Of a stretch of 18,036 nucleotides of DNA, positions 1 through 8,381 are shown in pieces. Position numbers and translations under genes: made by a program. Each line of letters opens with the position of its first letter. Positions within the stretch are counted from its first letter, which is position 1. The stretch is from Thermoanaerobaculia bacterium (GTDB taxonomy: Bacteria; Acidobacteriota; Thermoanaerobaculia; Multivoradales; UBA5704): contig JBGAGQ010000091.1 of assembly GCA_044226625.1 (NCBI GenBank), forward strand, positions 1 through 18,036, read 5' to 3'. Below the pieces are notes generated by a model. The model ran no database searches. It had not been told where the DNA came from and saw only the letters and a list, made by a program, of their open reading frames with translations.

Positions 1-450
1 TCGTTCGTGCTCGAGCCCACGCTCGGATATCAGGCCTATTTGAGCGACGCCGCGGGATGCCCGCGCAACCAGATCTCGCCGGACGAAGATCTCTATCTCA
101 CTTTCCGTGGACCGCTCGCGCCGAAATCGGCCCGCGTTTTCCTGGTGCCGGACCGGCCGAGCTGGGACGATCCCCTTCCCCTGCTCGAGGCGCGGGAAGG
201 GATCGGTCCGAACGGCCAGCTGCTTTCGGCGGGCGGCGGCTCGCTCGGCACCCTGCTGCTCTGGCCGGCTGATCTGAAAGGAAGGCGCTCCGGGTATTAC
301 GCGCTGGTCGTCCGAACCGACCTGGCGGACGATCGTCCGCTCCTCGCCACGACCGATCGATTGCTGTCCCACCTGCCGCCCGGCGGCTGGCGCTCGACCG
401 AAGAGGGGGTGCGGATCAACGATTGGGACTGCGGTCCGCCGCGGCACTGA
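1..450 (+). CDS. Hypothetical protein, C-terminal part (5' end lies outside the window)
   Basis: Frame 1 is open from base 1 (TCG TTC GTG CTC...) to TGA at 448-450. Composition is protein-like (YQAYLSD, LYLTFRG, GYYALVVR), unlike the Arg/Pro/Ala-rich shadow ORFs. No family recognised. Confidence 0.6.
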   Translation, partial: SFVLEPTLGYQAYLSDAAGCPRNQISPDEDLYLTFRGPLAPKSARVFLVPDRPSWDDPLPLLEAREGIGPNGQLLSAGGGSLGTLLLWPADLKGRRSGYYALVVRTDLADDRPLLATTDRLLSHLPPGGWRSTEEGVRINDWDCGPPRH

Positions 451-3097
451 GCACTCCGGCGAGCGCCTCGCGCGCCTCCTCGATGCGGCGATGCCCGGCG
501 GGAAACGCCGCCTGCCGGATCGCGAGCGCGCGGCGCAGCTGAGTCTCCGCCTCGGCGTAACGCCCCTTCTCGGCCAGCAGCCGGCCGAGCGGCAGGAGGG
601 CGAAGGAAAGAGCCGGGTCGGCGGAGCCCATCGTCTCCTCCTGGATCGCGAGCGCCTCGCGCAGGAACCGCTCGGCCTCGTGGGTGGCACTCCGCTCGCG
701 CACGACCGCGGCCAGTTGTAAGAGGGTTCGGGCGACCTCGACGTCACGGGGACCGAGCACGCGCCGCTGGATCGCGAGCGCCCGCCGACCGAGCTCTTCG
801 GCCCGTGGCAGTCGCCCCGCGGAGAGCTCCACCTTCGCAAGCAGCGAGAGCGCCTCGGCGGAGCGCGCGTGCTCCTCGCCGAACGCTTTGCGGACGATCG
901 TGAGCCCCCGCTCGGCGGCGCTTCGCGCGCGCGGCAGATCGCCGGTCTGGCGCGCCACGGTCGCGAGGTTCAGGAGCGCGGTCGCGACGTACGGATGATC
1001 GGCGCCCAGCACCTTGGCGCGCAGGGCGACCGTTCGATCGAGGAGCGCGAGCGCCCCCGCCGTGTCGCCCCGATCGAATTTCACCGAGGCGAGGTCGTTG
1101 AGCGTGGTGAGCGACGCCGGATGGTCCTCCCCCAACAGAGCGCGGCGGAGGTCGAGAACCTCGACAAGTTCCCGCTCCGCCTCCTCGAGGCGGCCGGTTC
1201 GGTACCAGACCTGAGCGCGAGAGTGGCGCACTTCAGCCACCGCGAGCGAGCGGTCGCCGAAGGCTTCCTTCCGGATCGCGAGCGCGTCGTCGAGGCTCCG
1301 CTCCGCCTCCTCGACCCGCCCTCGGCCGAGCTCGACCGAGGCGAGGCGATAGAGCGCGGTCGCGCGGTCGAGCGCCTCGGGCGAGCCGGGGCGAGCTTCG
1401 GCGGGCAGGAGGTCGAGCGCGGTGCGAATCTCGCCGGCCGCCCGTTCGTAGGCGCGGCGGTCGTCGTGGAGCTGGCCGAGGTCGATCAGCGCTCGCGCCA
1501 CGAGCGCCGGCTCCTCACCGCGTCGGCGGCGCAGCTCCAGCGCGCGGCCGAGGAGCCGCTCGGCCTCGTCGTAATGGCCGAGCCGAGCATAGACCCGGCC
1601 GATCGTCCCGGCGAGCGTCGCCTGCACCTCGGGGCCCATGCTGCCGTGACCGGGCGCGAGCAGGTCGCGGCCGCCGCGATCGAGGATCTCGCGCGCCGTG
1701 GGCTCGGCGCCGCGCGCCACGGCCGGATCGACCGCCTCGAACAGGCCGACCAGGAAGCCCGCGACCTGCTCCGTTTTCGCCTGTTCGATCCGCGCCTTGC
1801 GCATCTGGAGGACAGTGGAGACGAATCCGCCGGCCAGGGCGAGGGTCACGAGGCCGGTAGCGGCGACCGCGGCACGATGGCGCACGACGAACCGCCCGAC
1901 ACGGTACAGGCTCGAGTCGCCGCGCGCGGTAATCGGCCGGCCGGCGAGATGGAGACGAAGGTCCTCGGCGAGCCGCTCGACCGAAGCGTAGCGGCGATGC
2001 GGCTCCTTCCGCAGCGCCTTGCCGACGATCGTGTCGAGATCCCCCGCGAGCCGGCGCCGCAGTCGGGCTGGCGTGGTCTGCCGGAGGGCCGCCAAGCCGT
2101 TCGCGTCGGCTCCCTCGCTCGCCTCCTGAACGGCCGCCTCGCTCGGCGCTCCGGGGCTCTCGCCGCAGACGAGCCTCTCGGCCTCGGCCGGGCGAACGCC
2201 GCGGAGCGGAAAGACCGGCCGCCCGGTGAGGAGGAGGAAGAGCAGCGCGCCGAGCGAGTACACGTCGGTCGCGGTGGTGAGCGCCTCGCCACGGAACTGC
2301 TCCGGGCTCGCGAACTCCGGCGTGAGCCAACGCTCTCCCGCCAAAGTGAGGCCTTCCCGACCGTCGTCGAGGACCTTGGCGATGCCGAAGTCGAGCAGCT
2401 TGGGAACCCCGTCGCCGGAGACCAGGATGTTCGAGGGCTTGATGTCACGATGGATGACCAGGCGCCGATGAGCGTACGCCACGGCCTCGCAAACCCCCAG
2501 GAACAGCTCGATCCGCCGCTCGGCCGGCAGTCGCAAGCGGTCGCAATGGACGTCGATCGGCTCGCCGTCGATCCGTTCGAGGACGAAGTAGGGCGTGCCG
2601 TCGTCCGCGGTCCCCGCGTCGAAGACCCGTGCGACGTTGAGATGCGTGAGCGTCGCGAGGATCCGCCGCTCCTCGACCAGCCGCTCCCGGTCGCGCGAGG
2701 AGGCGAAGCGCCGGTCGACCATCTTGAGCGCCACCTCGAGCGGGAATCCCTCGTCCTCACGGGTAGCGAGATAGACGGTGCCGGATCCCCCGCGACCGAG
2801 CTCGCGGATCAACCGATAAGGCCCGACCGAGCCGAGAGGCGCTCCGCCCTCTGCCCCTGGCTCCGTGGTCGAGCTCGCGCCGCGCCGGTCTTCCAACCAA
2901 CCGGCCGCGCGATCGACGATGCGCGCGAGCGGATCGTCCTCCTCGGCCGTCGCGGATTCGGCGAGGAGCCCGGCGAGCTCGTCGGCGAGCGCCGGATCTT
3001 CGGCGCGTAGATCCTCGATCAGCCGCGGAGCCTCCTCCGGCCTCTCCGTCGCTCGAAAAAAGATCTCGGCGAGACGATCCCAGGTTCGGGGATCCAT
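416..3097 (-). CDS. Hanks-type Ser/Thr protein kinase with one TM helix and C-terminal TPR repeats (893 aa)
   Basis: Kinase motifs GRGGSGTVY, VALK, HRDIKPSN, DFG and TPEFASPE; TM segment AAVAATGLVTLALAGGFVSTVL; then ~42-aa TPR repeats (ALAIRKEAFG..., LGEDHP, LGADHP). Start reassigned to ATG 3097 (MDPRTWDRL), which overlaps the sigma factor stop (TGATG). Confidence 0.93.
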   Translation of the reverse strand: MDPRTWDRLAEIFFRATERPEEAPRLIEDLRAEDPALADELAGLLAESATAEEDDPLARIVDRAAGWLEDRRGASSTTEPGAEGGAPLGSVGPYRLIRELGRGGSGTVYLATREDEGFPLEVALKMVDRRFASSRDRERLVEERRILATLTHLNVARVFDAGTADDGTPYFVLERIDGEPIDVHCDRLRLPAERRIELFLGVCEAVAYAHRRLVIHRDIKPSNILVSGDGVPKLLDFGIAKVLDDGREGLTLAGERWLTPEFASPEQFRGEALTTATDVYSLGALLFLLLTGRPVFPLRGVRPAEAERLVCGESPGAPSEAAVQEASEGADANGLAALRQTTPARLRRRLAGDLDTIVGKALRKEPHRRYASVERLAEDLRLHLAGRPITARGDSSLYRVGRFVVRHRAAVAATGLVTLALAGGFVSTVLQMRKARIEQAKTEQVAGFLVGLFEAVDPAVARGAEPTAREILDRGGRDLLAPGHGSMGPEVQATLAGTIGRVYARLGHYDEAERLLGRALELRRRRGEEPALVARALIDLGQLHDDRRAYERAAGEIRTALDLLPAEARPGSPEALDRATALYRLASVELGRGRVEEAERSLDDALAIRKEAFGDRSLAVAEVRHSRAQVWYRTGRLEEAERELVEVLDLRRALLGEDHPASLTTLNDLASVKFDRGDTAGALALLDRTVALRAKVLGADHPYVATALLNLATVARQTGDLPRARSAAERGLTIVRKAFGEEHARSAEALSLLAKVELSAGRLPRAEELGRRALAIQRRVLGPRDVEVARTLLQLAAVVRERSATHEAERFLREALAIQEETMGSADPALSFALLPLGRLLAEKGRYAEAETQLRRALAIRQAAFPAGHRRIEEAREALAGVLSAAADRSPNR

Positions 3098-3813
3098 CAG
3101 GCCCCCCGGCGCAGCTCGCACGCGAGCCAGGTGCGGGCGAGCTTCAAGTCGCGCTCGACCGTGGCGTGGGAGAGGCCGAGATGGCCGCAGGTCTCGTCGA
3201 TCGTCATGCCGGCGAAGTAGCGCAGCTCGACCACCTGGGCGCGGCGGGCGTCGACCTCGGCGAGCCGCAACAGTGCCTGATCCAGCGCCAGCAGCTCGGC
3301 CTCTGCGTCCTCCGTCGGGCCGCCCCCCTGCGCGCTCGCGGAAGCCCCGAGGTCCGACGGTTCCCATTCCATCGGGCGCACGCCGCCGCCGCGCTTCTCG
3401 GCCTGCCGCCGCCGCGCCTCGTCGACCAGCACCTGGCGCATCACCCGGGCGGCGATGGCGAAGAAATGCCCCCGGCTTTCCCAGGAGACGTCGGCTCCCG
3501 CCAGACGGAAATAGGCCTCGTGCACGAGCGCGGTCGCCTGCAGAGTCCACTGGCCCGCGTCGCGTTGAATCTGCGCGCGGGCAAGCCGCCGCAGCTCGTC
3601 GTAGACCAGGGGCACCAGGCGATCGAACGCGGCGCGGTCGCCTCCCCGCCACGCCTGGAGCAGAACCGTGACGTCGGCTCTCTCGCCGGCCTCGGCTGGT
3701 CGAGGGAGCGGATTGACGGGTGGATCGACGGACGGGTCGCCCGCGACCGGGAGTCGACGAACCGGTGGACCGGCAGGGCTCAAGGGTGAGGTCCTCGCGG
3801 TGGAGTGTGCCAC
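3097..3813 (-). CDS. ECF-type RNA polymerase sigma factor (TIGR02999/ECF43-like, kinase-associated)
   Basis: Family-typical segments DVTVLLQAWRGGDRAAFDRLVPLVYDELRRLA, TLQATALVHEAYFRL, HFFAIAARVMRQVLVDEARRRQAEKRGGG, and region 4 VVELRYFAGMTIDET...ATVERDLKLARTWL. Start uncertain (GTG 3813 or TTG 3783; no clear RBS). Confidence 0.9.
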   Translation of the reverse strand: MAHSTARTSPLSPAGPPVRRLPVAGDPSVDPPVNPLPRPAEAGERADVTVLLQAWRGGDRAAFDRLVPLVYDELRRLARAQIQRDAGQWTLQATALVHEAYFRLAGADVSWESRGHFFAIAARVMRQVLVDEARRRQAEKRGGGVRPMEWEPSDLGASASAQGGGPTEDAEAELLALDQALLRLAEVDARRAQVVELRYFAGMTIDETCGHLGLSHATVERDLKLARTWLACELRRGA

Positions 3814-3877
3814 CGGAGCCGGAGGAGACTCAAGCCGCGCGGTTTTGTCGAAACCGCGGGTCCGGCGAAGTGGATCC

Positions 3878-4591
3878 TCAGGGGGTGATCAGGCCGCCCG
3901 CGAGCGCCTGGAGCGCTCGGCCGTACGCCGGGGCGATGAGCGCCTTGAGCAGCAGGTCGACGAGGATGCCGGCTCCCGCGAGCGCGAAGATCTTCCCGTC
4001 GTCCCGATCGAAGGGCCAGGCCTTGCGGACGAGCAGAGGCCGGGCCAGCAGGCTGCCGAGGAGGACGAAGGCCGCCACCCGGATCACCGACCAAGGCACC
4101 CAGGCCACCAAGGAGCCGAGCAGCGGATGGTGGGACGCCGCCGCGTATGAACCGACGAAGTAGCTCATGTAGGCGGTGAGCGCGGCGCCCAGCACCAGCC
4201 CCAGATACCCCGCCGAGACGTAGGTGAGCACGGCGAACAGGCTCAGGTGGAGCAGATGGATCGGCACGAACTGGAGCGGCGAGTTTTCCGGCGCCATGCC
4301 GGTGGAGATCCAGCCGAACATCTCGTGCCGGTAGGGCTCGCCGTTCACGATCCCCCGAGCGGCCGCCTCGGGCGCGAGCTGAGTCAACGCGATGACGCCG
4401 AGCGAGAGGAGCACCGCCCAGGTCATCCCCGCGAACCAAGCGCCCCGCACGTCCTCCTCCTTCACCCGGGCGCGGAACGTCGGATAGAGCGTGAGCGGAG
4501 CGAGGAGCGGAAGCAGAATTTGGCCGCCGGGAACGAACGCGAGCGCCACGACCAGCGGCGTCGCGAGCAGTGCGATCCGCCCCCGGCTCAC
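3878..4591 (-). CDS. Multi-pass membrane protein of unknown function (237 aa)
   Basis: Several hydrophobic helices from VSRGRIALLATPLVVALAFVP onward. GTG at 4591 overlaps the SDR stop (GTGA), so the longer 4903 start is unlikely. Confidence 0.8.
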   Translation of the reverse strand: MSRGRIALLATPLVVALAFVPGGQILLPLLAPLTLYPTFRARVKEEDVRGAWFAGMTWAVLLSLGVIALTQLAPEAAARGIVNGEPYRHEMFGWISTGMAPENSPLQFVPIHLLHLSLFAVLTYVSAGYLGLVLGAALTAYMSYFVGSYAAASHHPLLGSLVAWVPWSVIRVAAFVLLGSLLARPLLVRKAWPFDRDDGKIFALAGAGILVDLLLKALIAPAYGRALQALAGGLITP

Positions 4592-5301
4592 AGCGCCCCT
4601 CCCGCCGGCCCGACGTGGATCTCTTCGAGGAGGCTCGACTCCGGAGCGTCGAGCGCCCAGGCGATGGCGCGGGCGATCTCGCGGGGCGGCACCATCTTCG
4701 ACCGATTCCAATCGCCCGGCATGTCGTCCCAGATCGGCGTATCCGTGGCGCCGGGGAAGAGCGCCGAGATCCGGACGCCGCTGCCGGCCAGCTCTTCGCG
4801 CAGCGCGGCGACCAGACCGTCGAGCCCCCACTTGCTCGCGCAATAGCCAGTCCATCCGGGGAAGCCCCGGCGCGCCGCGGCGGAGAGAATCGGAAAGAAC
4901 CACCCCCGGCGCCGCTCCTTCATCCCCAGCAGAAAGGACCGTAGTAGATGGAAAGTCCCGCCGAGATTGACCGACAGCATGGCGGCGAACGCCTCGGGCG
5001 TTAGCGTCTCGAGCGGACCGATGGTGGCCACTCCGGCCGCCGGCACCAGGATCTCGGCGCCGCCGTAACGGGCGTCGACCTCGGCAGCGGCCCGGTCGAC
5101 CGCCGCCGCGTCGGCCACGTCGCAGATGAGGGCCAGCCCCTCCCCCCCGGCCAGCGAGAGCGTTTCGTCGAGCGGCTCGAGCCGCCGGCCCAGGAGCACC
5201 AAGGGAAACCCGCGGCGGCCGAGCTCGAGCGCGATCTCCCGGCCGATGCCCGAGCCGGCGCCGGAGACGACGGCGGCGAGAGGGGACGTAGCGGACGGCA
5301 T
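4588..5301 (-). CDS. Short-chain dehydrogenase/reductase (classical SDR, probably NADP-preferring)
   Basis: Rossmann motif SGAGSGIG, basic GRR after beta-2, AAG (NNAG equivalent), catalytic S...YCASK, PGATDT. Confidence 0.93.
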   Translation of the reverse strand: MPSATSPLAAVVSGAGSGIGREIALELGRRGFPLVLLGRRLEPLDETLSLAGGEGLALICDVADAAAVDRAAAEVDARYGGAEILVPAAGVATIGPLETLTPEAFAAMLSVNLGGTFHLLRSFLLGMKERRRGWFFPILSAAARRGFPGWTGYCASKWGLDGLVAALREELAGSGVRISALFPGATDTPIWDDMPGDWNRSKMVPPREIARAIAWALDAPESSLLEEIHVGPAGGAL

Positions 5302-5308
5302 GCCTCCG

Positions 5309-5317
5309 AGCTTACCA
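5309..5317 (-). promoter_or_regulatory. Putative extended -10 promoter (TGG TAAGCT) 7 nt upstream of the SDR ATG; probable leaderless transcript
   Basis: Minus strand reads cTGGTAAGCTcggaggcATG. The GGAGG is only 1 nt from the ATG, too close to act as a normal RBS. Confidence 0.45.
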
Positions 5318-5362
5318 GCCGAGAAGCCCGGAGCGCCTCACGCCCGAACGCCTCGCTCGGGA

Positions 5363-5800
5363 TCAGCTCGCGCTCTGAGCCTCACTCGGAGTCGGCGCGG
5401 CGAGATCCTCGAACACGATGCCGATGTCGGAAACGCCGCTCGCGCGGCAGAGGTCGAGGAAGTCAGCGACCCGGCCGTACTCCAGCTCGCCATCGGCCGC
5501 GACGAACACCACCGGGACGGACCGCCCGGAGAGCGCCTCGCCGAGCCGTTCGGCCAGTTGCAGCCGAGGGATCTCGGTCGAGTTCAGATAGATCACGCCG
5601 TTACGGTCGAGGCGAAGGATCAGCTGCGAGGTCGGAGGCGGCGCGACCTCCTTCCGGCTCGGCGGCACCTGGACCGAGTGGCCCAACTGGACCACAGGCG
5701 TCAGGCACATGAAGATGATCAGCAGCACCAGGACGACGTCGACCAACGGGGTGATGTTGATCTCGCTGCGCGGGCCGCGGCGATCGCTCGAAAGATCCAT
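5363..5800 (-). CDS. exbD: Biopolymer transport protein ExbD/TolR (145 aa)
   Basis: SEINITPLVDVVLVLLIIFM TM motif with the essential Asp; periplasmic VFVAADGELEYGRVADFLD...GVSDIGI. Strong RBS AAGGAGGT (5809-5816) 8 nt before ATG 5800. Confidence 0.9.
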   Translation of the reverse strand: MDLSSDRRGPRSEINITPLVDVVLVLLIIFMCLTPVVQLGHSVQVPPSRKEVAPPPTSQLILRLDRNGVIYLNSTEIPRLQLAERLGEALSGRSVPVVFVAADGELEYGRVADFLDLCRASGVSDIGIVFEDLAAPTPSEAQSAS

Positions 5801-5927
5801 GGTCTCGTACCTCCTTGCCGGCTTGGACCGACCGAACCGAATCCCGGTTCCCGGACCGCTGCGCATTCCTCGGCCGCGGGGCGGGATAGACTCCAGAGGT
5901 CGCTTCTTTCCTCGGGGAGGGTTCCGC

Positions 5928-7376
5928 GTGGCCGAGAGCCCGGGTGGTAGCCGCCAACCGTTGTCGAGCGTCGATTTCGCCTGGCTACGGATGGACGAGC
6001 CGACGAACCTGATGCTGATCAACGGCGTCCTGGTCCTCAGGGCCCCGCTCGCCATCGGGAGCCTGCGCGCGGTCATCGCCGAGCGCCTCCTGCCGATCGC
6101 GCGCTTCCGGCAACGGGTGATCGAGGGGCCGGGCGGCGAGACGCGGTGGGAAACGGCGGAATATTTCGAGCTCGACCGGCACGTTCTCGAAGAGGCGTTG
6201 CCCGAACCGGGCGGCGACCGCGAGCTCGCCGCGGTGATCGACCCACTGCTCGGCGAGCCGCTCGACCGCTCGCGACCGCTTTGGGAGTTCCGGCTGATCC
6301 ACAACTACCAGGGGGGCTCGGTGTTGATGGGGCGCATCCATCACGCCGTGGGCGACGGGATGGCGCTGATGCTCGTCCTGCTGTCGCTCGCCGACCGCCA
6401 CCCCGACAAGCGGACCGCCGTGCCCTTCGTGAGCGCGGGCGAGCTCGAGCGAGCGGTCGATCCCCCGGCCGAGCGGGGCGGCAATCCTTTTACCCGAATC
6501 TTCCAGCAAACACGGCCCGACGTGGCCTCGATCCGCAGCGAAGCCGAGCAGGTGATGCCCGAGGGGATGAAGCTGCTGCTCCAGCCGAGCGAGGCGTTTC
6601 GATCGCGCCGGATCCTCACCGCCCTCTCCTCGGTTGCCTCGTTCCTCCGCCTGGTCGCCCGATGGCCCGATCCGCGGACCCTATTCAAAGGACCGCTCGG
6701 CGTGGCGAAGAAGGCCGCCTGGTCCGAGCCTCTCCAGGTCTCGGACGTCAAGGCGCTCGGCCAGGCGTTCGGCGCCTCGATCAACGACGTGCTGCTCACC
6801 GCAATGGCCGGCGCGCTGCGGCGCTATCTGCTCGCTCGCGGCCAGCGGGCCGACCGGCTTTCGTTCCGCGCCGCAATGCCGGTCAACCTGCGCGGCCTCG
6901 AAGAGATGGCCGCCCTGGGCAATCGCTTCGGCTTGGTCTTCCTGTCGATCCCGGTGGGCATCGCCGATCCGGTCGAGCGCCTGGCGGAGCTGCGGCGACT
7001 GTCCAAGAAGCTACGGCTGTCGACCGAGCCGGTGGTGGTCTACGCAATCCTCCGCCTGCTCGGGAAGGTGCCGCATTTCATCCAGCGTCTCGTCGTTGGG
7101 ATCTTCGCCACCAAGACCACGGCGGTGATGACCAACGTCCCCGGACCGCGCGAGGAGCTCTTCCTCGCCGAGGTGCCGATCCGCGACATCTTCTTCTGGG
7201 TGCCGCAATCGGGCCGGGTGGGCCTCGGGATCAGCATCTTCAGCTACAACGGCCGCGTCCGCCTGGGCATCGGCACCGACGCGGGACTGGTCGACGATCC
7301 CGAGCGGATCGTCGAGGAGTTCCACCGCGAGTTCGAGGACATGCAGCGCCTCGCCCCGGCGATGGCGAGCCGCTAG
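5928..7376 (+). CDS. Wax ester synthase / acyl-CoA:diacylglycerol acyltransferase (WS/DGAT, 482 aa)
   Basis: N-terminal LSSVDFAWLRMDEPTNLM, PLDRSRPLWEF, catalytic HHAVGDG (HHxxxDG), SINDVLL, MPVNLR, TNVPGP, SIFSYNG. GTG 5928 preceded by GGGGAGG (5914-5920). Confidence 0.92.
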   Translation: MAESPGGSRQPLSSVDFAWLRMDEPTNLMLINGVLVLRAPLAIGSLRAVIAERLLPIARFRQRVIEGPGGETRWETAEYFELDRHVLEEALPEPGGDRELAAVIDPLLGEPLDRSRPLWEFRLIHNYQGGSVLMGRIHHAVGDGMALMLVLLSLADRHPDKRTAVPFVSAGELERAVDPPAERGGNPFTRIFQQTRPDVASIRSEAEQVMPEGMKLLLQPSEAFRSRRILTALSSVASFLRLVARWPDPRTLFKGPLGVAKKAAWSEPLQVSDVKALGQAFGASINDVLLTAMAGALRRYLLARGQRADRLSFRAAMPVNLRGLEEMAALGNRFGLVFLSIPVGIADPVERLAELRRLSKKLRLSTEPVVVYAILRLLGKVPHFIQRLVVGIFATKTTAVMTNVPGPREELFLAEVPIRDIFFWVPQSGRVGLGISIFSYNGRVRLGIGTDAGLVDDPERIVEEFHREFEDMQRLAPAMASR

Positions 7377-8381
7377 CTACTCCCAGCCGCGCCACGACTG
7401 GAGCATCTGGATGTAGTTCGCCCGCTCGTACGCCGACGGGTCGGGGCACTTGGCGAGGCTCATGTTGCCGCGCATCTCGCGCACCGAAGCGTAGCCGCGC
7501 TCGCCCATCCAGCCGACCACCTCGTCGTAGACCAGACGCAGGTAATCCGGGCCGTGTTTGAGCAGGGCCGAAACCATCTGCACCGCGTGCGCTCCCGCCA
7601 TGATCGCCTTGATCGCATCCTTCGCTCCGTGAACGCCGCCGCTCGCGGCGAGCGACGGGCGGATCTTGCCCGAAAGGATCGCCAGCCAACGCAGGCGCAG
7701 GGCCAGCTCGTCCGGCGTGGAAAGGTGCAGGCTGCGCTCGACCTCGAGATTTTCGATGTCGAGGTCGGGTTGGTAGAACCGGTTGAACAACACCAGCCCA
7801 TCGACCCCGGCGGCGTCCAGCCGGAACGCGAGGTTCGCGAGCGCCGTGTGGAAGGGCGATAGCTTCACCGCCACCGGAATCTTCACCTCGGCCTTGACCG
7901 CCGCCGCCATCTGGACGATCCGGGTTTCGATCTCCGGGCCGGTCTCGTAGAGGTCGGTCGCGAGCCGGTAGACGTTCAGCTCGATCGCGTCCGCCCCCGC
8001 CTGCTCGAGCAGCGTCGCATGGGAGAGCCAACCGCCGGGGGTGACGCCGTTCAACGACGCGATCACCGGGATGCGCACCGCCTCCTTGATCTTTCGCAGC
8101 TGCTCCAGGTATTCGTCGGGGCCGAGCGCGAAGTCGTCGCGCGCGGGAAGGTAGGAGGTCGCCTCGGCGAAGGACTCCCCCGCCTCTTCGAACGCCGCGA
8201 CGGTCGCGAGCGCTTCGGCGGCGAGCTGCTCCTCGAACAGCGAGTGCATGACGATCGCCGCCGCCCTCGAGTCCTCCAGACGCCGCACGGTATCGAGATC
8301 GTCGACCATCGGCGAGGCGCCGACGATCAACGGATGGGCGAGCGGCAGCCCGAGATAGGTGGTGGTCATGTCGAGGGTCAT
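7377..8381 (-). CDS. Dihydroorotate dehydrogenase-like FMN protein (nifJ-associated DHOD_like family, 334 aa)
   Basis: TTYLGLPLAHPLIVGASP, SLFEEQ, IPVIASLNG, GADAIELN, IPVAVKLSP, GLVLFNRFYQPD, LAASGGVH, AYERANY. ATG 8381 overlaps the nifJ stop (ATGA). Confidence 0.9.
   Translation of the reverse strand: MTLDMTTTYLGLPLAHPLIVGASPMVDDLDTVRRLEDSRAAAIVMHSLFEEQLAAEALATVAAFEEAGESFAEATSYLPARDDFALGPDEYLEQLRKIKEAVRIPVIASLNGVTPGGWLSHATLLEQAGADAIELNVYRLATDLYETGPEIETRIVQMAAAVKAEVKIPVAVKLSPFHTALANLAFRLDAAGVDGLVLFNRFYQPDLDIENLEVERSLHLSTPDELALRLRWLAILSGKIRPSLAASGGVHGAKDAIKAIMAGAHAVQMVSALLKHGPDYLRLVYDEVVGWMGERGYASVREMRGNMSLAKCPDPSAYERANYIQMLQSWRGWE

Noticed and set aside
3098-3652. 185-aa N-terminal extension of the kinase ORF (416..3652)
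   Set aside because: Arg/Gly/Ala-rich read-through of another frame of the ECF gene; the real start is ATG 3097 overlapping the sigma stop.
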